Source: a bacterium
Lineage (GTDB): Bacteria > UBA8248 > JACPRG01 > G963555815
Direction: 5' to 3'
DNA: 64,000 nt
NCBI GenBank assembly: GCA_965218795.1
Contig: OZ244653.1
Location: 1,472,001 to 1,536,000 of the forward strand
The notes beneath the pieces are model-generated. The model worked only from the letters and a program-made list of their open reading frames with translations, was not told the origin of the DNA and did no database searches. The first letter of the stretch is position 1, and each line of letters starts with the position of its first letter. Shown here piece by piece: positions 18,573 to 28,709 of this stretch. Position numbers and translations under genes: made by a program.

Positions 18573-21275
18573 ATGAAAGGACTTTGCCGAATGGCTTTGT
18601 ACGGGATGATCGCGGCCGGCGTGCCCGCGAATTCAGCAACCGCGGCGGGCGCGGAGCGCGGGTTGAACGTTACGCGGCACATCCTGGAAAACGGCCTGAC
18701 CGTGATCCTGGAAGAAAACCACGCTTCGCCGGTGGTCGCCTTCAATGTATGGGTCAAGGCGGGGAGCGGCGACGAGCGGGATGAGGAATCGGGCTTGGCG
18801 CACGTTCTGGAACATATGGTGTTCAAGGGAACCGAGCGCCGCAAGGTCGGACAAATCGCCCAGGAGATCGAAGGGGCCGGCGGGGACATCAACGCCTTTA
18901 CCTCCTTCGATCAGACCGTGTACCACATTGTCCTGGCAAGTCGATTCTTCGACACCGGCCTCGACATTGTGGCCGATGCCGTCCGGAACTCCGCTTTCGA
19001 CCCCGAAGAACTCGAGAAAGAGTTGGAAGTCGTCCTGGAGGAAGTGAGACGCGGCGAGGACATTCCCTCCCGCCGGTTGTCCCAGGCCCTGTTTGCTGAA
19101 GCCTACCGGACCCATCCGTATCGAAGACCCGTGATCGGGACGACCGCGACGATTCGAACCTTCAAGCGTCCGGACATCATGGATTTCTTCAGGAAATGGT
19201 ATCGGCCCGGCAATATGGCCCTCGTCGTGGCCGGTGACTTCCGGACGGAGGAAGCGCTCCCGAAGATTCGATCGGTCTTCGAGAGCTGGCCCGCCCGCTC
19301 CCTCCCGGAGAGGCCGCGGACGCCCGAGCCGGCGCAGGACCGGATGCGCGTCGTCCTGCTGAAGGACAATGTCCAGGAGGCGCACCTGAACATCGCTTTT
19401 CACATTTCCGATCTGAAGCACGAAGACACCTATACCCTGGATGTCCTTGCCCTCATCGCCGGGCAGGGAGAGAGCAGCAGGCTGTACCGGCGGGTGAAGG
19501 ATCAGGAGGGGCTCGTCCATACCGTCTATTCTTCTTCCTATACGCCGAAGGACCCGGGTCTGCTTGTTGCAGGAGCCGTTTTGGAGCCAGCGAAAGCGCC
19601 CGCTGCGATCGAAGCCATCCTTCGGGAGCTGTATGCGCTGAAGTCGGCGCCCCCCTCACCGCAGGAGTTGAAGAAAGCCAAACTCAACATCGAGGCGGAT
19701 TTCATCTTCCGGAAGGAAACTGTTCAGGGGCAGGCACAGGGTCTGGGATATTTCGAGACGGTGGCCGGCAATCTGGATTTCGAGCGGCATTATGTCGAAA
19801 AAATCCTGGCCCTGACATCACGGGACATCCAGAAGGCGGCCGAAAAATACTTTCGCCCGGAAAACCTGACCCTGGCCCTTCTGGTACCGAACGGAACGTC
19901 GGAAACAATGGATGCGACTGCGATCAGGAAAGCGGCCGAGGCGGCGGAGAGCGGTGGAACGAATTCAGTCGCCCAGGGGGATGGAAATCCCGATTCCGCC
20001 TCGGCTGTAGCGCCCCCCGGCGGCCGTGCGGGCGTTGAAGTCCATCGAGAAATCCTTCCTAACGGCGCTACGCTCATTGTCAAGGAGAATCCCGCGGTCC
20101 CGACCGTCGCGATCCGGGCCGTGTACCTGGGCGGAACCCGTTTCGAAACCGAAAAACAAAATGGAATCAACAACCTTATCGCCGACATGATGACGCGGGG
20201 GACCGAGCGCCTTGATGCGCCGGCGTTCGCCACCCGGGTCGATTCCATGGCGGCGAGCATTTCGGGCTCCTCGGGCCGAAACAGTCTGGGTGTGACGGCC
20301 GAAGGCCTTTCACGATTTTTTGATCCGCTGCTGGATTTGCTGGGCGAGGTGATCCATGAACCGGCCTTCGACCCGGAGGAGATCGAGAAGTCCAGGCAGG
20401 ACATCCTCGCGGAAATCAAACGCGAGTACGACAACCTCTCCCAATCCGCGTTCAAGCTGTTTTTCCGAAAGCTCTACGGGGCGCACCCATTTGCCCTGCC
20501 CGTGAACGGCACCTCCGAATCGGTGACCGGGTTGACGCGGGAGGATATGGTCTCCTACTATCGCGGGTTGGCCGTCCCGGATAATCTCGTGCTCACCGTG
20601 GTGGGCGATGTGCGAACCGATTACGTAGTCCGTCGCGTCCAAGAGGTATTCGGCCGACCCGCCGAAGGGAAGATCGCACTCCCCGATCCCCCCGATCCAT
20701 CCCCGCCGTCGGCTCCGATCAGGGAGGTCGTTCACCGCGATAAAAAGCAAGCCCATATCGCCTACGGCTTCCTCGGCACGACGCTGAAGGATTCGGACCG
20801 TTATCTTCTTGAAATCCTCAACGCGGTGCTGTCGGGCCAGGGGGGACGGCTGTTCCTCGAACTTCGGGACCGGCAGAGTCTGGCCTACGCGATCTCCTCC
20901 TTCCACTTTGAAAGTCTGGAACCCGGCGCTCTTGGCGTGTACATCGCCACCGCCCCGGATAAGGTGGAAACGGCCCTGGCCGGGATTCGGCGCGAGTTGG
21001 ATAAAATCCGCTCGACCCCCATCTCGGTGGAGGAATTGGAGAGGGCCAAGAAATATATCATCGGGGGATACGAGATCGACCTCCAGCGGAACGCCTCCCA
21101 GGCGGCCGATATGGGATTCAACGAGCGGTACGGGCTAGGATGGGACGAGTACAGGCGATTTCCGGAGCGCATCAGCGCCGTCACTCGTGAGGACGTCCTC
21201 CGTGTGGCTCAAAAGTACATCCGCCCGGATGCGCCCGTCATCGGCATGATCGCGCCCGAGACCAACGCCCCCTGA
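18573..21275 (+). CDS. M16 family zinc protease (four-domain, exported)
   Basis: Inverted zincin HVLEH motif, NAFTS; second inactive half; N-terminal signal-like region. Confidence 0.94.
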   Translation: MKGLCRMALYGMIAAGVPANSATAAGAERGLNVTRHILENGLTVILEENHASPVVAFNVWVKAGSGDERDEESGLAHVLEHMVFKGTERRKVGQIAQEIEGAGGDINAFTSFDQTVYHIVLASRFFDTGLDIVADAVRNSAFDPEELEKELEVVLEEVRRGEDIPSRRLSQALFAEAYRTHPYRRPVIGTTATIRTFKRPDIMDFFRKWYRPGNMALVVAGDFRTEEALPKIRSVFESWPARSLPERPRTPEPAQDRMRVVLLKDNVQEAHLNIAFHISDLKHEDTYTLDVLALIAGQGESSRLYRRVKDQEGLVHTVYSSSYTPKDPGLLVAGAVLEPAKAPAAIEAILRELYALKSAPPSPQELKKAKLNIEADFIFRKETVQGQAQGLGYFETVAGNLDFERHYVEKILALTSRDIQKAAEKYFRPENLTLALLVPNGTSETMDATAIRKAAEAAESGGTNSVAQGDGNPDSASAVAPPGGRAGVEVHREILPNGATLIVKENPAVPTVAIRAVYLGGTRFETEKQNGINNLIADMMTRGTERLDAPAFATRVDSMAASISGSSGRNSLGVTAEGLSRFFDPLLDLLGEVIHEPAFDPEEIEKSRQDILAEIKREYDNLSQSAFKLFFRKLYGAHPFALPVNGTSESVTGLTREDMVSYYRGLAVPDNLVLTVVGDVRTDYVVRRVQEVFGRPAEGKIALPDPPDPSPPSAPIREVVHRDKKQAHIAYGFLGTTLKDSDRYLLEILNAVLSGQGGRLFLELRDRQSLAYAISSFHFESLEPGALGVYIATAPDKVETALAGIRRELDKIRSTPISVEELERAKKYIIGGYEIDLQRNASQAADMGFNERYGLGWDEYRRFPERISAVTREDVLRVAQKYIRPDAPVIGMIAPETNAP

Positions 21276-21331
21276 GAACGCGGAGAAGCGGCGCCGGCCC
21301 AACGATGCGAACCGGGCCGCGGGACATCGCC

Positions 21332-21937
21332 ATGATCCTGATGATCGACAACTACGATTCGTTCACGTACAACCTCGTCCAGTACCTGGCCGAGATGGGC
21401 GGGGACGTCGCCGTGCGAAGGAACGACACGCTGTCGGTGGACGATGTGCGGGCGTTGAACCCGGAGCTCATCATGATATCGCCCGGGCCCGGAAGGCCGG
21501 AGAAGGCGGGCATCTGCGTGGATCTAATCCGGGAGATGAGAGGAAACATCCCAATCTTCGGAGTGTGTCTGGGGCATCAGGCCATCGGGCTCGCCTACGG
21601 CGCGCGCGTGGTTCAGGCTTCGAACATCATGCACGGCAAGACCTCTGAGATACGCCACGACGGCAGCGGTGCTTTCGCCGGTCTCCCGGACTCGTTTGTT
21701 GCAACCCGATATCACTCCCTGCTCGTGGACCCGGACAGCCTGCCGCCGGATCTTCAGATTCACGCACGTACGGATCAGGGGGAAATCATGGGGATGCGAA
21801 CCGAAGACGGGATGGTGGAAGGGGTCCAGTTTCATCCGGAGTCTATCCTGACGGCGGAAGGTAAACACTTGCTGAAAAACGTCTTGACCCGGATGGGGGG
21901 ATCTATCGAATCGGCGGATCGCGGGCCGGCTGTCTGA
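21332..21937 (+). CDS. trpG: Anthranilate/ADC synthase glutamine amidotransferase component
   Basis: IDNYDSFTYNL, SPGPG, GVCLGHQ, QFHPES; close to trpD/trpC. Confidence 0.93.
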   Translation: MILMIDNYDSFTYNLVQYLAEMGGDVAVRRNDTLSVDDVRALNPELIMISPGPGRPEKAGICVDLIREMRGNIPIFGVCLGHQAIGLAYGARVVQASNIMHGKTSEIRHDGSGAFAGLPDSFVATRYHSLLVDPDSLPPDLQIHARTDQGEIMGMRTEDGMVEGVQFHPESILTAEGKHLLKNVLTRMGGSIESADRGPAV

Positions 21938-22066
21938 GCGCCAGCCGGTGGGTGTGGAATCAACAGGATACTGCAAGAGCTGGTCCATGATGGACCGGCC
22001 TTGCAGTATCCGTAATTGAATGGACAGGCTGCCGGAGTCCGGACAGGGCGGCTGCCGGCGAGCCGG

Positions 22067-22348
22067 TCAACCCATTTGCGACCGCTTGGATGCCTTGAGC
22101 GGGTTGAGCTTATGCTCGGCGACGACCTTCTTGCGGTCCACGTGGGACGCGAAGTTGCATACGCCCATAGCCCATTTGCCGGCCGGACCCGGGTAGATCT
22201 GGCAGCAATTTCCCCCAGGGAATTCCACAGTAAACTTGCAACCTTCACATTCCGATACAATGTTGTAACATTCGCCCCCGTTGAAGGTACAGCCTGCGCC
22301 CACCATAAAGGAACAATCGACGCCTTCGCGAACTGTTGTGCAAATCAT
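22067..22348 (-). CDS. PxxKW-family cysteine-rich small protein
   Basis: MICTTVREGVDC, CEGC, PAGKW, CNFASH, KLNPLKASKR; predicted promoter upstream. Confidence 0.85.
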   Translation of the reverse strand: MICTTVREGVDCSFMVGAGCTFNGGECYNIVSECEGCKFTVEFPGGNCCQIYPGPAGKWAMGVCNFASHVDRKKVVAEHKLNPLKASKRSQMG

Positions 22349-22481
22349 TTTCGTATCCTTTCCCAATCCATTTTCAGGGTCTCTGCCGGACCCGCCATTG
22401 CCAAAAAAAATCCCGCGCCGTTTGGAGCGTCGATGATGTCGTACCAAGGTGCACAACCAAACAGCGCGGAAAAACGAGCAA

Positions 22482-22509
22482 AACATATACCCGGAACAGC
22501 CTCTGTCAA
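22482..22509 (-). promoter_or_regulatory. Putative sigma70 promoter of the PxxKW gene
   Basis: Minus strand TTGACA, 16 bp, TATGTT. Confidence 0.5.
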
Positions 22510-22696
22510 GGTCAAATTCCAATTGGAGGGGGAAAAGTCACAAATCATTTGAATTTGAATCACGGCAGCGGGTCCAACCCGAGCTTATCGGGAAACTGGC
22601 GGAGGCAGTATTTGCTCACTAGGAAACGGTGTGTTAGTGAAATAGGCGAGCCGGGCCATGGAAACCCTTTTTCGGATTGCGCGGAGCGATTCCAAA

Positions 22697-23641
22697 ATGA
22701 AATGGCTGGATGGAAAAGGGAGGATCGGCGGCGTACTGAATATCTTTGATATGACGGTTCTTGTTCTGGTCGTCTGGCTGATTGCCTATTATTCCTTCCT
22801 TGCGCCCGAGTTACTCCCGCCCGATCAGGATGCAATCGCCGATACCCGACCGACTGCGGATGAGAAGGAGGCCAAAGGGTCGCAAGGTATCGTTACGGAC
22901 GTTCAGTTCGTGTTCCCTGATCTCGAATTGCAGGTCGTCCACCGGATCAAGGCCGGTCTGAAAGACACCAGCCATCCGGGCACGACCGCTGAAATTACGG
23001 AGGTGCTCGCGGTCGACAAGGCGGTCAAGATCGTGGAATTCGGCAGGGGACTACTGTTGACGCAAGCACCTGGAGACAAATGGCAGGTTCGCGTCCGGAT
23101 GAAGATTAGGGGACTCAGAAGGGGAAAGACATTCTATTACAAATCAAAGCCTCTGGTTCGGGAGAGCTCCTATACGTTCGTCACCCCCGAGATGACACTC
23201 GTCGGAGAAGCCCTTCGGCTGGATGACAGGTTTGCGAAGAGGTTCATGCCTTTGAGAAAGCGCCTCCAATTTCGGGGCCACAGCTGGATTGTGGATAAGC
23301 GTCTGGCGGAGATGGTGAAGGTAGGGGATCCCGCATCACCCCTGGGCAGCATCCAGACGCGGTTATTGCGAGTTGAAATCAAGAAGATCCTGAGCAACCG
23401 CGAGGTTCATCCAATGGAGATTGACGTCGGCGGGGGGGGGTGGTCCTGGGACGTCTCCTTCCATCGATTGGAACTCATCCTGGAATGCGTTTGCGCTTAC
23501 GACGACGAAAAAGGCTATTATTATGGCAGGCAGAAAATTCGTGTGGGAGACGCCTTTATTTTCGAGTCCGGACTCTACCGGCTCCCACTTGTCATTCAAG
23601 CCATCGAAATTTTTCCGCCGAAGGTTCGACCTGCGGGTTAG
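22697..23641 (+). CDS. Membrane-anchored DUF4330-like protein with two similar beta domains
   Basis: N-terminus MKWLDGKGRIGGVLNIFD plus TM; two repeats ending YYKSKPLVRESSYTF and YYGRQKIRVGDAFIF. Confidence 0.7.
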   Translation: MKWLDGKGRIGGVLNIFDMTVLVLVVWLIAYYSFLAPELLPPDQDAIADTRPTADEKEAKGSQGIVTDVQFVFPDLELQVVHRIKAGLKDTSHPGTTAEITEVLAVDKAVKIVEFGRGLLLTQAPGDKWQVRVRMKIRGLRRGKTFYYKSKPLVRESSYTFVTPEMTLVGEALRLDDRFAKRFMPLRKRLQFRGHSWIVDKRLAEMVKVGDPASPLGSIQTRLLRVEIKKILSNREVHPMEIDVGGGGWSWDVSFHRLELILECVCAYDDEKGYYYGRQKIRVGDAFIFESGLYRLPLVIQAIEIFPPKVRPAG

Positions 23642-23661
23642 GCTTGTGGGCAGAGAGATCC

Positions 23662-24699
23662 ATGATTAAGGAAGTTTTGACAAAAGTCGTGGAGGGGCGC
23701 GACCTCACCATAGATGAGGCCGAGAATGCCATGGACGAAATCATGTGCGGGCTGTGCACGCCGGCTCAGATATCCGCCTACATGACAGCCTTACGCATGA
23801 AAGGGGAAACGGCCGACGAGATCACGGGAAGCGCCCGGGCCATGAGGGCCAAGGCCACCCCGATTCATACGAAGCACGGGTTGGTGGTCGACACTGCGGG
23901 AACGGGCGGCGACGACGCTCACACCTTCAACATCTCCACCACGGCGGCGTTCGTCGCCGCCGGGGCCGGCGTTCCTATGGCCAAACACGGAAACCGGGCG
24001 GTCTCCAGCCATTGTGGCAGCGCCGACCTGCTGGCTGCGCTGGGCGTCAACATTGAAATCCCTCCCGAGGCGGTGGGTCAATGTCTGGACGAATGCGGCT
24101 TCGCGTTCCTGTTCGCCCCTGCGCTGCATGCCTCGATGAAGCACGCCGTCGGCCCCCGGAGGGAGATCGGACTGCGAAGCATCTTTAACGTTATGGGCCC
24201 CCTCACCAACCCGGCCGGCGCCCGGGGGCAGATCATCGGCGTCTACGACGGTGGCCTGACCGAGTTGATGGCCAACGTCCTCAACAATTTGGGAGTCTAC
24301 CGGGCCGTCGTGGTCCACGGGTCGGACGGGCTCGACGAAATCACACTCTCCGGACCGACCCGGGTCTCGGAGGTGCGGGACGGGAAGGTCACCACCACTG
24401 ACATCACCCCCGAGGACCTGAGAATCGACTCGCACCCTATCGACGCCTGCAGGGTTTCCTCTCTGGAGGACAACGTACGGACGACCCTCATGGTCTTGAA
24501 CGGACGGACGGGACCCGCCCGGGACATCGTCCTCCTCAACGCCGCCGCGGCCATCTATGTCGGGGGCAAGTCCGATTCCATCCGGGAAGCGGTCCCTCTG
24601 GCCATCCAGTCCATCGATTCCGGGGAAGCCCTCAAAAAGCTCGAAGACTTGAAAAGGTTTACCCAGATTCCCGACGACTCGGATGAGGAAACCTCCTGA
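23662..24699 (+). CDS. trpD: Anthranilate phosphoribosyltransferase
   Basis: DTAGTGGD, FNISTT, KHGNRAVSS, GPLTNPA, DGLDE. Confidence 0.98.
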   Translation: MIKEVLTKVVEGRDLTIDEAENAMDEIMCGLCTPAQISAYMTALRMKGETADEITGSARAMRAKATPIHTKHGLVVDTAGTGGDDAHTFNISTTAAFVAAGAGVPMAKHGNRAVSSHCGSADLLAALGVNIEIPPEAVGQCLDECGFAFLFAPALHASMKHAVGPRREIGLRSIFNVMGPLTNPAGARGQIIGVYDGGLTELMANVLNNLGVYRAVVVHGSDGLDEITLSGPTRVSEVRDGKVTTTDITPEDLRIDSHPIDACRVSSLEDNVRTTLMVLNGRTGPARDIVLLNAAAAIYVGGKSDSIREAVPLAIQSIDSGEALKKLEDLKRFTQIPDDSDEETS

Positions 24700-24706
24700 T
24701 CCGGGA

Positions 24707-25534
24707 ATGAGCCTCCCTGATTCCTCCCCGCGGCCCATGGACGGCCGAACCATCCTGGAAGAGATCGTGGACTCCGTCCGCGCGGAACTCGAACAGGAGA
24801 AGGATCGGGTCCCTATAGCGGAGATTCGGGGAAAGGCGCTGGACGCGACGCCTGCCCGAGACTTCAAAGGAGCGCTTGAGAGCCGCGGCGGAGACATCCG
24901 GATCATCGCCGAGGCGAAACGAGCGTCCCCTTCCGCCGGCCTGATCGCCGAATCCTATGACCCGGTCGCGCTGGCCCGCGCCTACGAAGCGGGCGGAGCC
25001 GCCGCCCTGTCCGTCTTGACGGAGCCTCGATACTTCCAGGGCGGCCTGGATCACCTCGCCGCGGTTCGAGAGGCCGTATCGATCCCTCTCCTCCGGAAGG
25101 ATTTCACCGTCGATCCCTATCAGGTATTCCAGGCCAGGGCGGCCGGGGCCGATGCGGTCCTGCTCATCGTCCGGTGCCTCGATGACGGGGAAATCCAGAC
25201 CCTGCAGGCGCTCGCCCATGATCTCGGGATGGCCGCGCTCGTGGAAGCGCATACCGGCGAGGAGGTGGAGCGGGCGGCGGCCTGCGGCGCGGCGATCATC
25301 GGAGTCAACAACAGGAATCTGGCCGATTTTCACACCGATACCGAAACCTCCCTCCACCTAATCTCTGGAATTCCAGAAGACTGCATCCAAGTGGCGGAAA
25401 GCGGAATCCATTCGCGTTCTGACATCGAGAATTTGCAGGCGGGAGGCTTCCGCTGCTTTCTCGTGGGTGAGGCCCTGATGCGCGCATCGGACGCTGCCGA
25501 GAAGCTTCGCGAGCTTCGCGGCGTTCAGCGTTGA
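24707..25534 (+). CDS. trpC: Indole-3-glycerol phosphate synthase
   Basis: IAEAKRASPSAG, SVLTE, LRKDF, GVNNRNL, AESGI; start uncertain. Confidence 0.97.
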   Translation: MSLPDSSPRPMDGRTILEEIVDSVRAELEQEKDRVPIAEIRGKALDATPARDFKGALESRGGDIRIIAEAKRASPSAGLIAESYDPVALARAYEAGGAAALSVLTEPRYFQGGLDHLAAVREAVSIPLLRKDFTVDPYQVFQARAAGADAVLLIVRCLDDGEIQTLQALAHDLGMAALVEAHTGEEVERAAACGAAIIGVNNRNLADFHTDTETSLHLISGIPEDCIQVAESGIHSRSDIENLQAGGFRCFLVGEALMRASDAAEKLRELRGVQR

Positions 25535-25671
25535 GCTCCAACGAATGTCACAGGAATAAATTTCGACAATTCCGGTTCACGGAAATATGGAGGCGTTCTG
25601 ACTTCGGCCCCTTCGGATGGGGGCTCCCGCACAGGCCGAACGCCGCTTCCCAAAACAAGAGGAATGGAAAG

Positions 25672-26244
25672 ATGGTATTCAGAAAGGTTTGGGTGCTTGC
25701 CTTGGGCTTCTCCGTGGTCCTGGCGGCCCTGGGCGGATCCGCAACGGTCGCGCAGACGACCATTCAGAACGGGAAGAAGGTATCAGCGAACGCGCCGAAG
25801 CTGGTCCTCCTCAATGGACCGGAACGCATCATTCCCGGCTGGAGCCTGCCCGTCTATGTCTCGGTCAAAGCCGGAGAGTCGAACCTCAAGGAGATTGTCT
25901 GGAGCTTCGAGAGTCCACCCTATGGAGAGGCGGCCTTTGGCCATTACCGGATCAAGAAAGGCGAAGAGAGGGAGGTCACCGGGCAGTTCAGGGTGAGCAC
26001 CTTTGATGCCATCCGGCGCGGAACCCTTTCCAACTTTCATCACCTCTACGTCTATATCACGATCTGGGGCCGGGACGTGGACGAGCGAATCAGCGAAATG
26101 GGCGAGTTCACCCTGACCCTGGATCTCCAGGGGCCGGAGACCTTCCCGCCTCCGAATTCCAACATGGATTTTTCGAAGAGGCTCGGAACCATCGAAGGCC
26201 GGATCATTCCGCCCGTGAGCGACGGGAGCCGCATTTCGAACTGA
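25672..26244 (+). CDS. Hypothetical secreted protein
   Basis: Signal peptide MVFRKVWVLALG...ATVA, RBS, downstream terminator. Confidence 0.75.
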   Translation: MVFRKVWVLALGFSVVLAALGGSATVAQTTIQNGKKVSANAPKLVLLNGPERIIPGWSLPVYVSVKAGESNLKEIVWSFESPPYGEAAFGHYRIKKGEEREVTGQFRVSTFDAIRRGTLSNFHHLYVYITIWGRDVDERISEMGEFTLTLDLQGPETFPPPNSNMDFSKRLGTIEGRIIPPVSDGSRISN

Positions 26245-26294
26245 TCGAGAGCCTGCGGGTTTCAACGTCGTTCCGTTCGAGTCTGAATTCAAGA

Positions 26295-26325
26295 AGGGCC
26301 GCGCCACAGGGACGCGGCCTTTTTT
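26295..26325 (+). terminator. Rho-independent terminator between convergent genes
   Basis: GGCCGCG/CGCGGCC stem followed by T6. Confidence 0.7.
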
Positions 26326-26362
26326 ACGGATCCCCGAATTGTCGAACGCCTCAACCCCGCAT

Positions 26363-27580
26363 TCAGGCGTCCAGAAACTCGAACGGCTCTCCGGCAAAAT
26401 TCCGGAAGACGATGTGGCCGTCTTGGCCCCCCTCCCGATACTCCGGAACCAACGGGACCTTGCCCCCGCCGCCCGGCAGATCGATTGCGAACCTGGGGAC
26501 GGCGTAGCCCGAGGTGTGGCCGATCAGACCCTTCATCAGAGCGATCCCCTTCCGGAGCGGCGTGCGAAATTGGACCGTGCCCTCGATCTGATCGCACTGA
26601 AAAAGGTAGTACGGCCGAACCCTGATCTCCAGCAACCGGTGAAAGAGCCCCTTGAGCGTTTCGACGTCGTCGTTGATCCCGGCCAATAGTACGCTCTGAC
26701 CGCCGACGGGGATCCCCGCGTCGGCCAGCATCAGGCAGGCTCGCCGCACCTCGGCAGCGAGCTCCTTTGGATGCACGACGTGCAGACTCACGTAGAGGGG
26801 ATGAAGCTTCCGCAGGCCCCGGACGAGGTCTCGCGTCACCCGCTGCGGCAGCGTCACGGGCGCGCGCGTCCCAATACGGAGGATCTCCACGTGGGGAATG
26901 GAGCGCAGTCTTCCCAGCAGGCCGAGAAGACGGTCGTCGGAAAGGGTCAGCGGATCCCCGCCGGACACCAGGACGTCCCGAATCGCCGGCTGGGACGCAA
27001 TGTAACCCAGACCCTGTTCCCACTGCTCAGAGGTGACGGCGGAATCAGGCCGGCCCACCATCCGCTTGCGGTTGCAGTACCTGCAGTAGGACGAACAGAC
27101 GTTGGAGGCGAGAAAGAGAACCCGGTCCGGATAGCGGTGGATCACGGCGGGCACCGGTGACAAGTCTTCCTCACCGAGCGGATCGCCAAAGTCCGCAGGC
27201 GAAGGCAGGGACTCTTCAATCCTCGCGACGAACTGCCGCCGCAGGGGGCAGTCCGGGTCCTCCCGGTCCATCAGGCTCGCGAAGTAGGGCGTCAAGCCGG
27301 ACACGAATCCCCCCTCCTTCTCGGAGAGGGCAATCCCCTCCTCTTCTGCCCGTGAGAGCCGGAACCAGGGACGGAAGTCCTCCAGCCGCGTCATCCGGTT
27401 CTTCATTTGCCAGCGCCAGTCGTCCCATTGCTTCTTCGTCGCGCCGAACCGCCGCCATGGCCGGTGATGCATTTCACGGTCCCCGATCACTTGCTTTTCC
27501 AAAGGACGGATCCTCCTCTCCTCTTCCTGATCCTCTCCATAGTAACCGACTCCTTCGGAAGATCGAAAACGGCCGAACAT
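26363..27580 (-). CDS. KamA-family radical SAM enzyme (lysine 2,3-aminomutase-like)
   Basis: HRYPDRVL, CSSYCRYC, SGGDPL, QSVLLAGIND, PYYLFQCD, PGGGGKVP. Confidence 0.93.
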   Translation of the reverse strand: MFGRFRSSEGVGYYGEDQEEERRIRPLEKQVIGDREMHHRPWRRFGATKKQWDDWRWQMKNRMTRLEDFRPWFRLSRAEEEGIALSEKEGGFVSGLTPYFASLMDREDPDCPLRRQFVARIEESLPSPADFGDPLGEEDLSPVPAVIHRYPDRVLFLASNVCSSYCRYCNRKRMVGRPDSAVTSEQWEQGLGYIASQPAIRDVLVSGGDPLTLSDDRLLGLLGRLRSIPHVEILRIGTRAPVTLPQRVTRDLVRGLRKLHPLYVSLHVVHPKELAAEVRRACLMLADAGIPVGGQSVLLAGINDDVETLKGLFHRLLEIRVRPYYLFQCDQIEGTVQFRTPLRKGIALMKGLIGHTSGYAVPRFAIDLPGGGGKVPLVPEYREGGQDGHIVFRNFAGEPFEFLDA

Positions 27581-27689
27581 GCTAGACTGATGACAGAATC
27601 AAAAAATCCATTCTGAACCGCAAGCCTCGATCCCGCAGCGGGTCGGAGGCGCGCCCGGCTCCACTCATCTTGTTGGAGGATTCACCCCC

Positions 27690-28670
27690 TTGAAAGCCAT
27701 CCGCGTGCATCAGTTCGGCGGTGCCGAAAATCTCATTTACGAAGAGGCTCCCGACCCCTCACCGGGCGAAGGGGATATCCTGATTCAGGTCAAAGCCGCC
27801 GGCGTCAACCCCATTGACCTCGCCATCCGGTCGGGCAAACACCCCGCCGCCGCCATGATGAACCTTCCCTACGTCCCGGGCGTGGATGCGGCGGGAATCG
27901 TCGAAGCCGTCGGCCCCGGCGTCACCGGCTTCGAGGCGGGCGATGAGGTCTTTGGAAGGGGGATCGGCGGGAGCTATTGCGAACGGACGAAGATTGCGGC
28001 CCAGGAGGCCGGCCGCAAGCCCGACGGGTTCTCCTTCGAAGAGGCGGCGGGGATCCCCATCGTCTTCATGACGGCCTGGCATGCCCTGTTCAACAAGGCG
28101 AACATTCAGCCGGGCGAGACCGTCCTCGTCCAGGCGGGCGGCGGAGGCGTGGGCACCGCAGCCATTCAGCTGGCCAAATGGAAGGGCGCAAACGTCATCA
28201 CGACCGTGGGCTCGAAGGAAAAGGCGGACCGGGCCAAAGGCCTCGGCGCCGACCATACCGTCCACTACAAGGAGACCCCCTTTGACGAGGAGGTCAAGCG
28301 TTTGACCGACGGCGAGGGCGCGGACGTCATCATTGAAACCGTCGCGGCGGACAACCTCCCCCTGGATATATCGGCCCTTCGGCTTCGCGGCCGCATTGTC
28401 GTCATCGGAAACGGGACCGGCAAGGGCCCGGAGGCGACCCTTCCCGTCGGCCCCGCGCTGTTCAAAGACCTTCGGCTCCTTTCGATGACCCTGATGAATG
28501 CGGGCGCGGAAGCGCCGGATATCGTCCGCGGTCTGGAACGGGCCTTCACCGAAGGAAACGTCAAACCACAGGCATCGGCATCCTTCCCATTGAAGGAGGC
28601 GGCTCAGGCTCAGGAAACCCTGATGAGCGGCCGGTTTTTCGGGAAGATTACTCTCTCTCCCATTGAATAG
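27690..28670 (+). CDS. NADPH:quinone reductase (MDR/zeta-crystallin family)
   Basis: MKAIRVHQFG, GVNPID, GGGGVGTAAIQLAK, GKITL. Confidence 0.93.
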   Translation: MKAIRVHQFGGAENLIYEEAPDPSPGEGDILIQVKAAGVNPIDLAIRSGKHPAAAMMNLPYVPGVDAAGIVEAVGPGVTGFEAGDEVFGRGIGGSYCERTKIAAQEAGRKPDGFSFEEAAGIPIVFMTAWHALFNKANIQPGETVLVQAGGGGVGTAAIQLAKWKGANVITTVGSKEKADRAKGLGADHTVHYKETPFDEEVKRLTDGEGADVIIETVAADNLPLDISALRLRGRIVVIGNGTGKGPEATLPVGPALFKDLRLLSMTLMNAGAEAPDIVRGLERAFTEGNVKPQASASFPLKEAAQAQETLMSGRFFGKITLSPIE

Positions 28671-28709
28671 AGGACCGGTCCGGAGCCTTTCCGTCTCCGA
28701 ATCACACCC

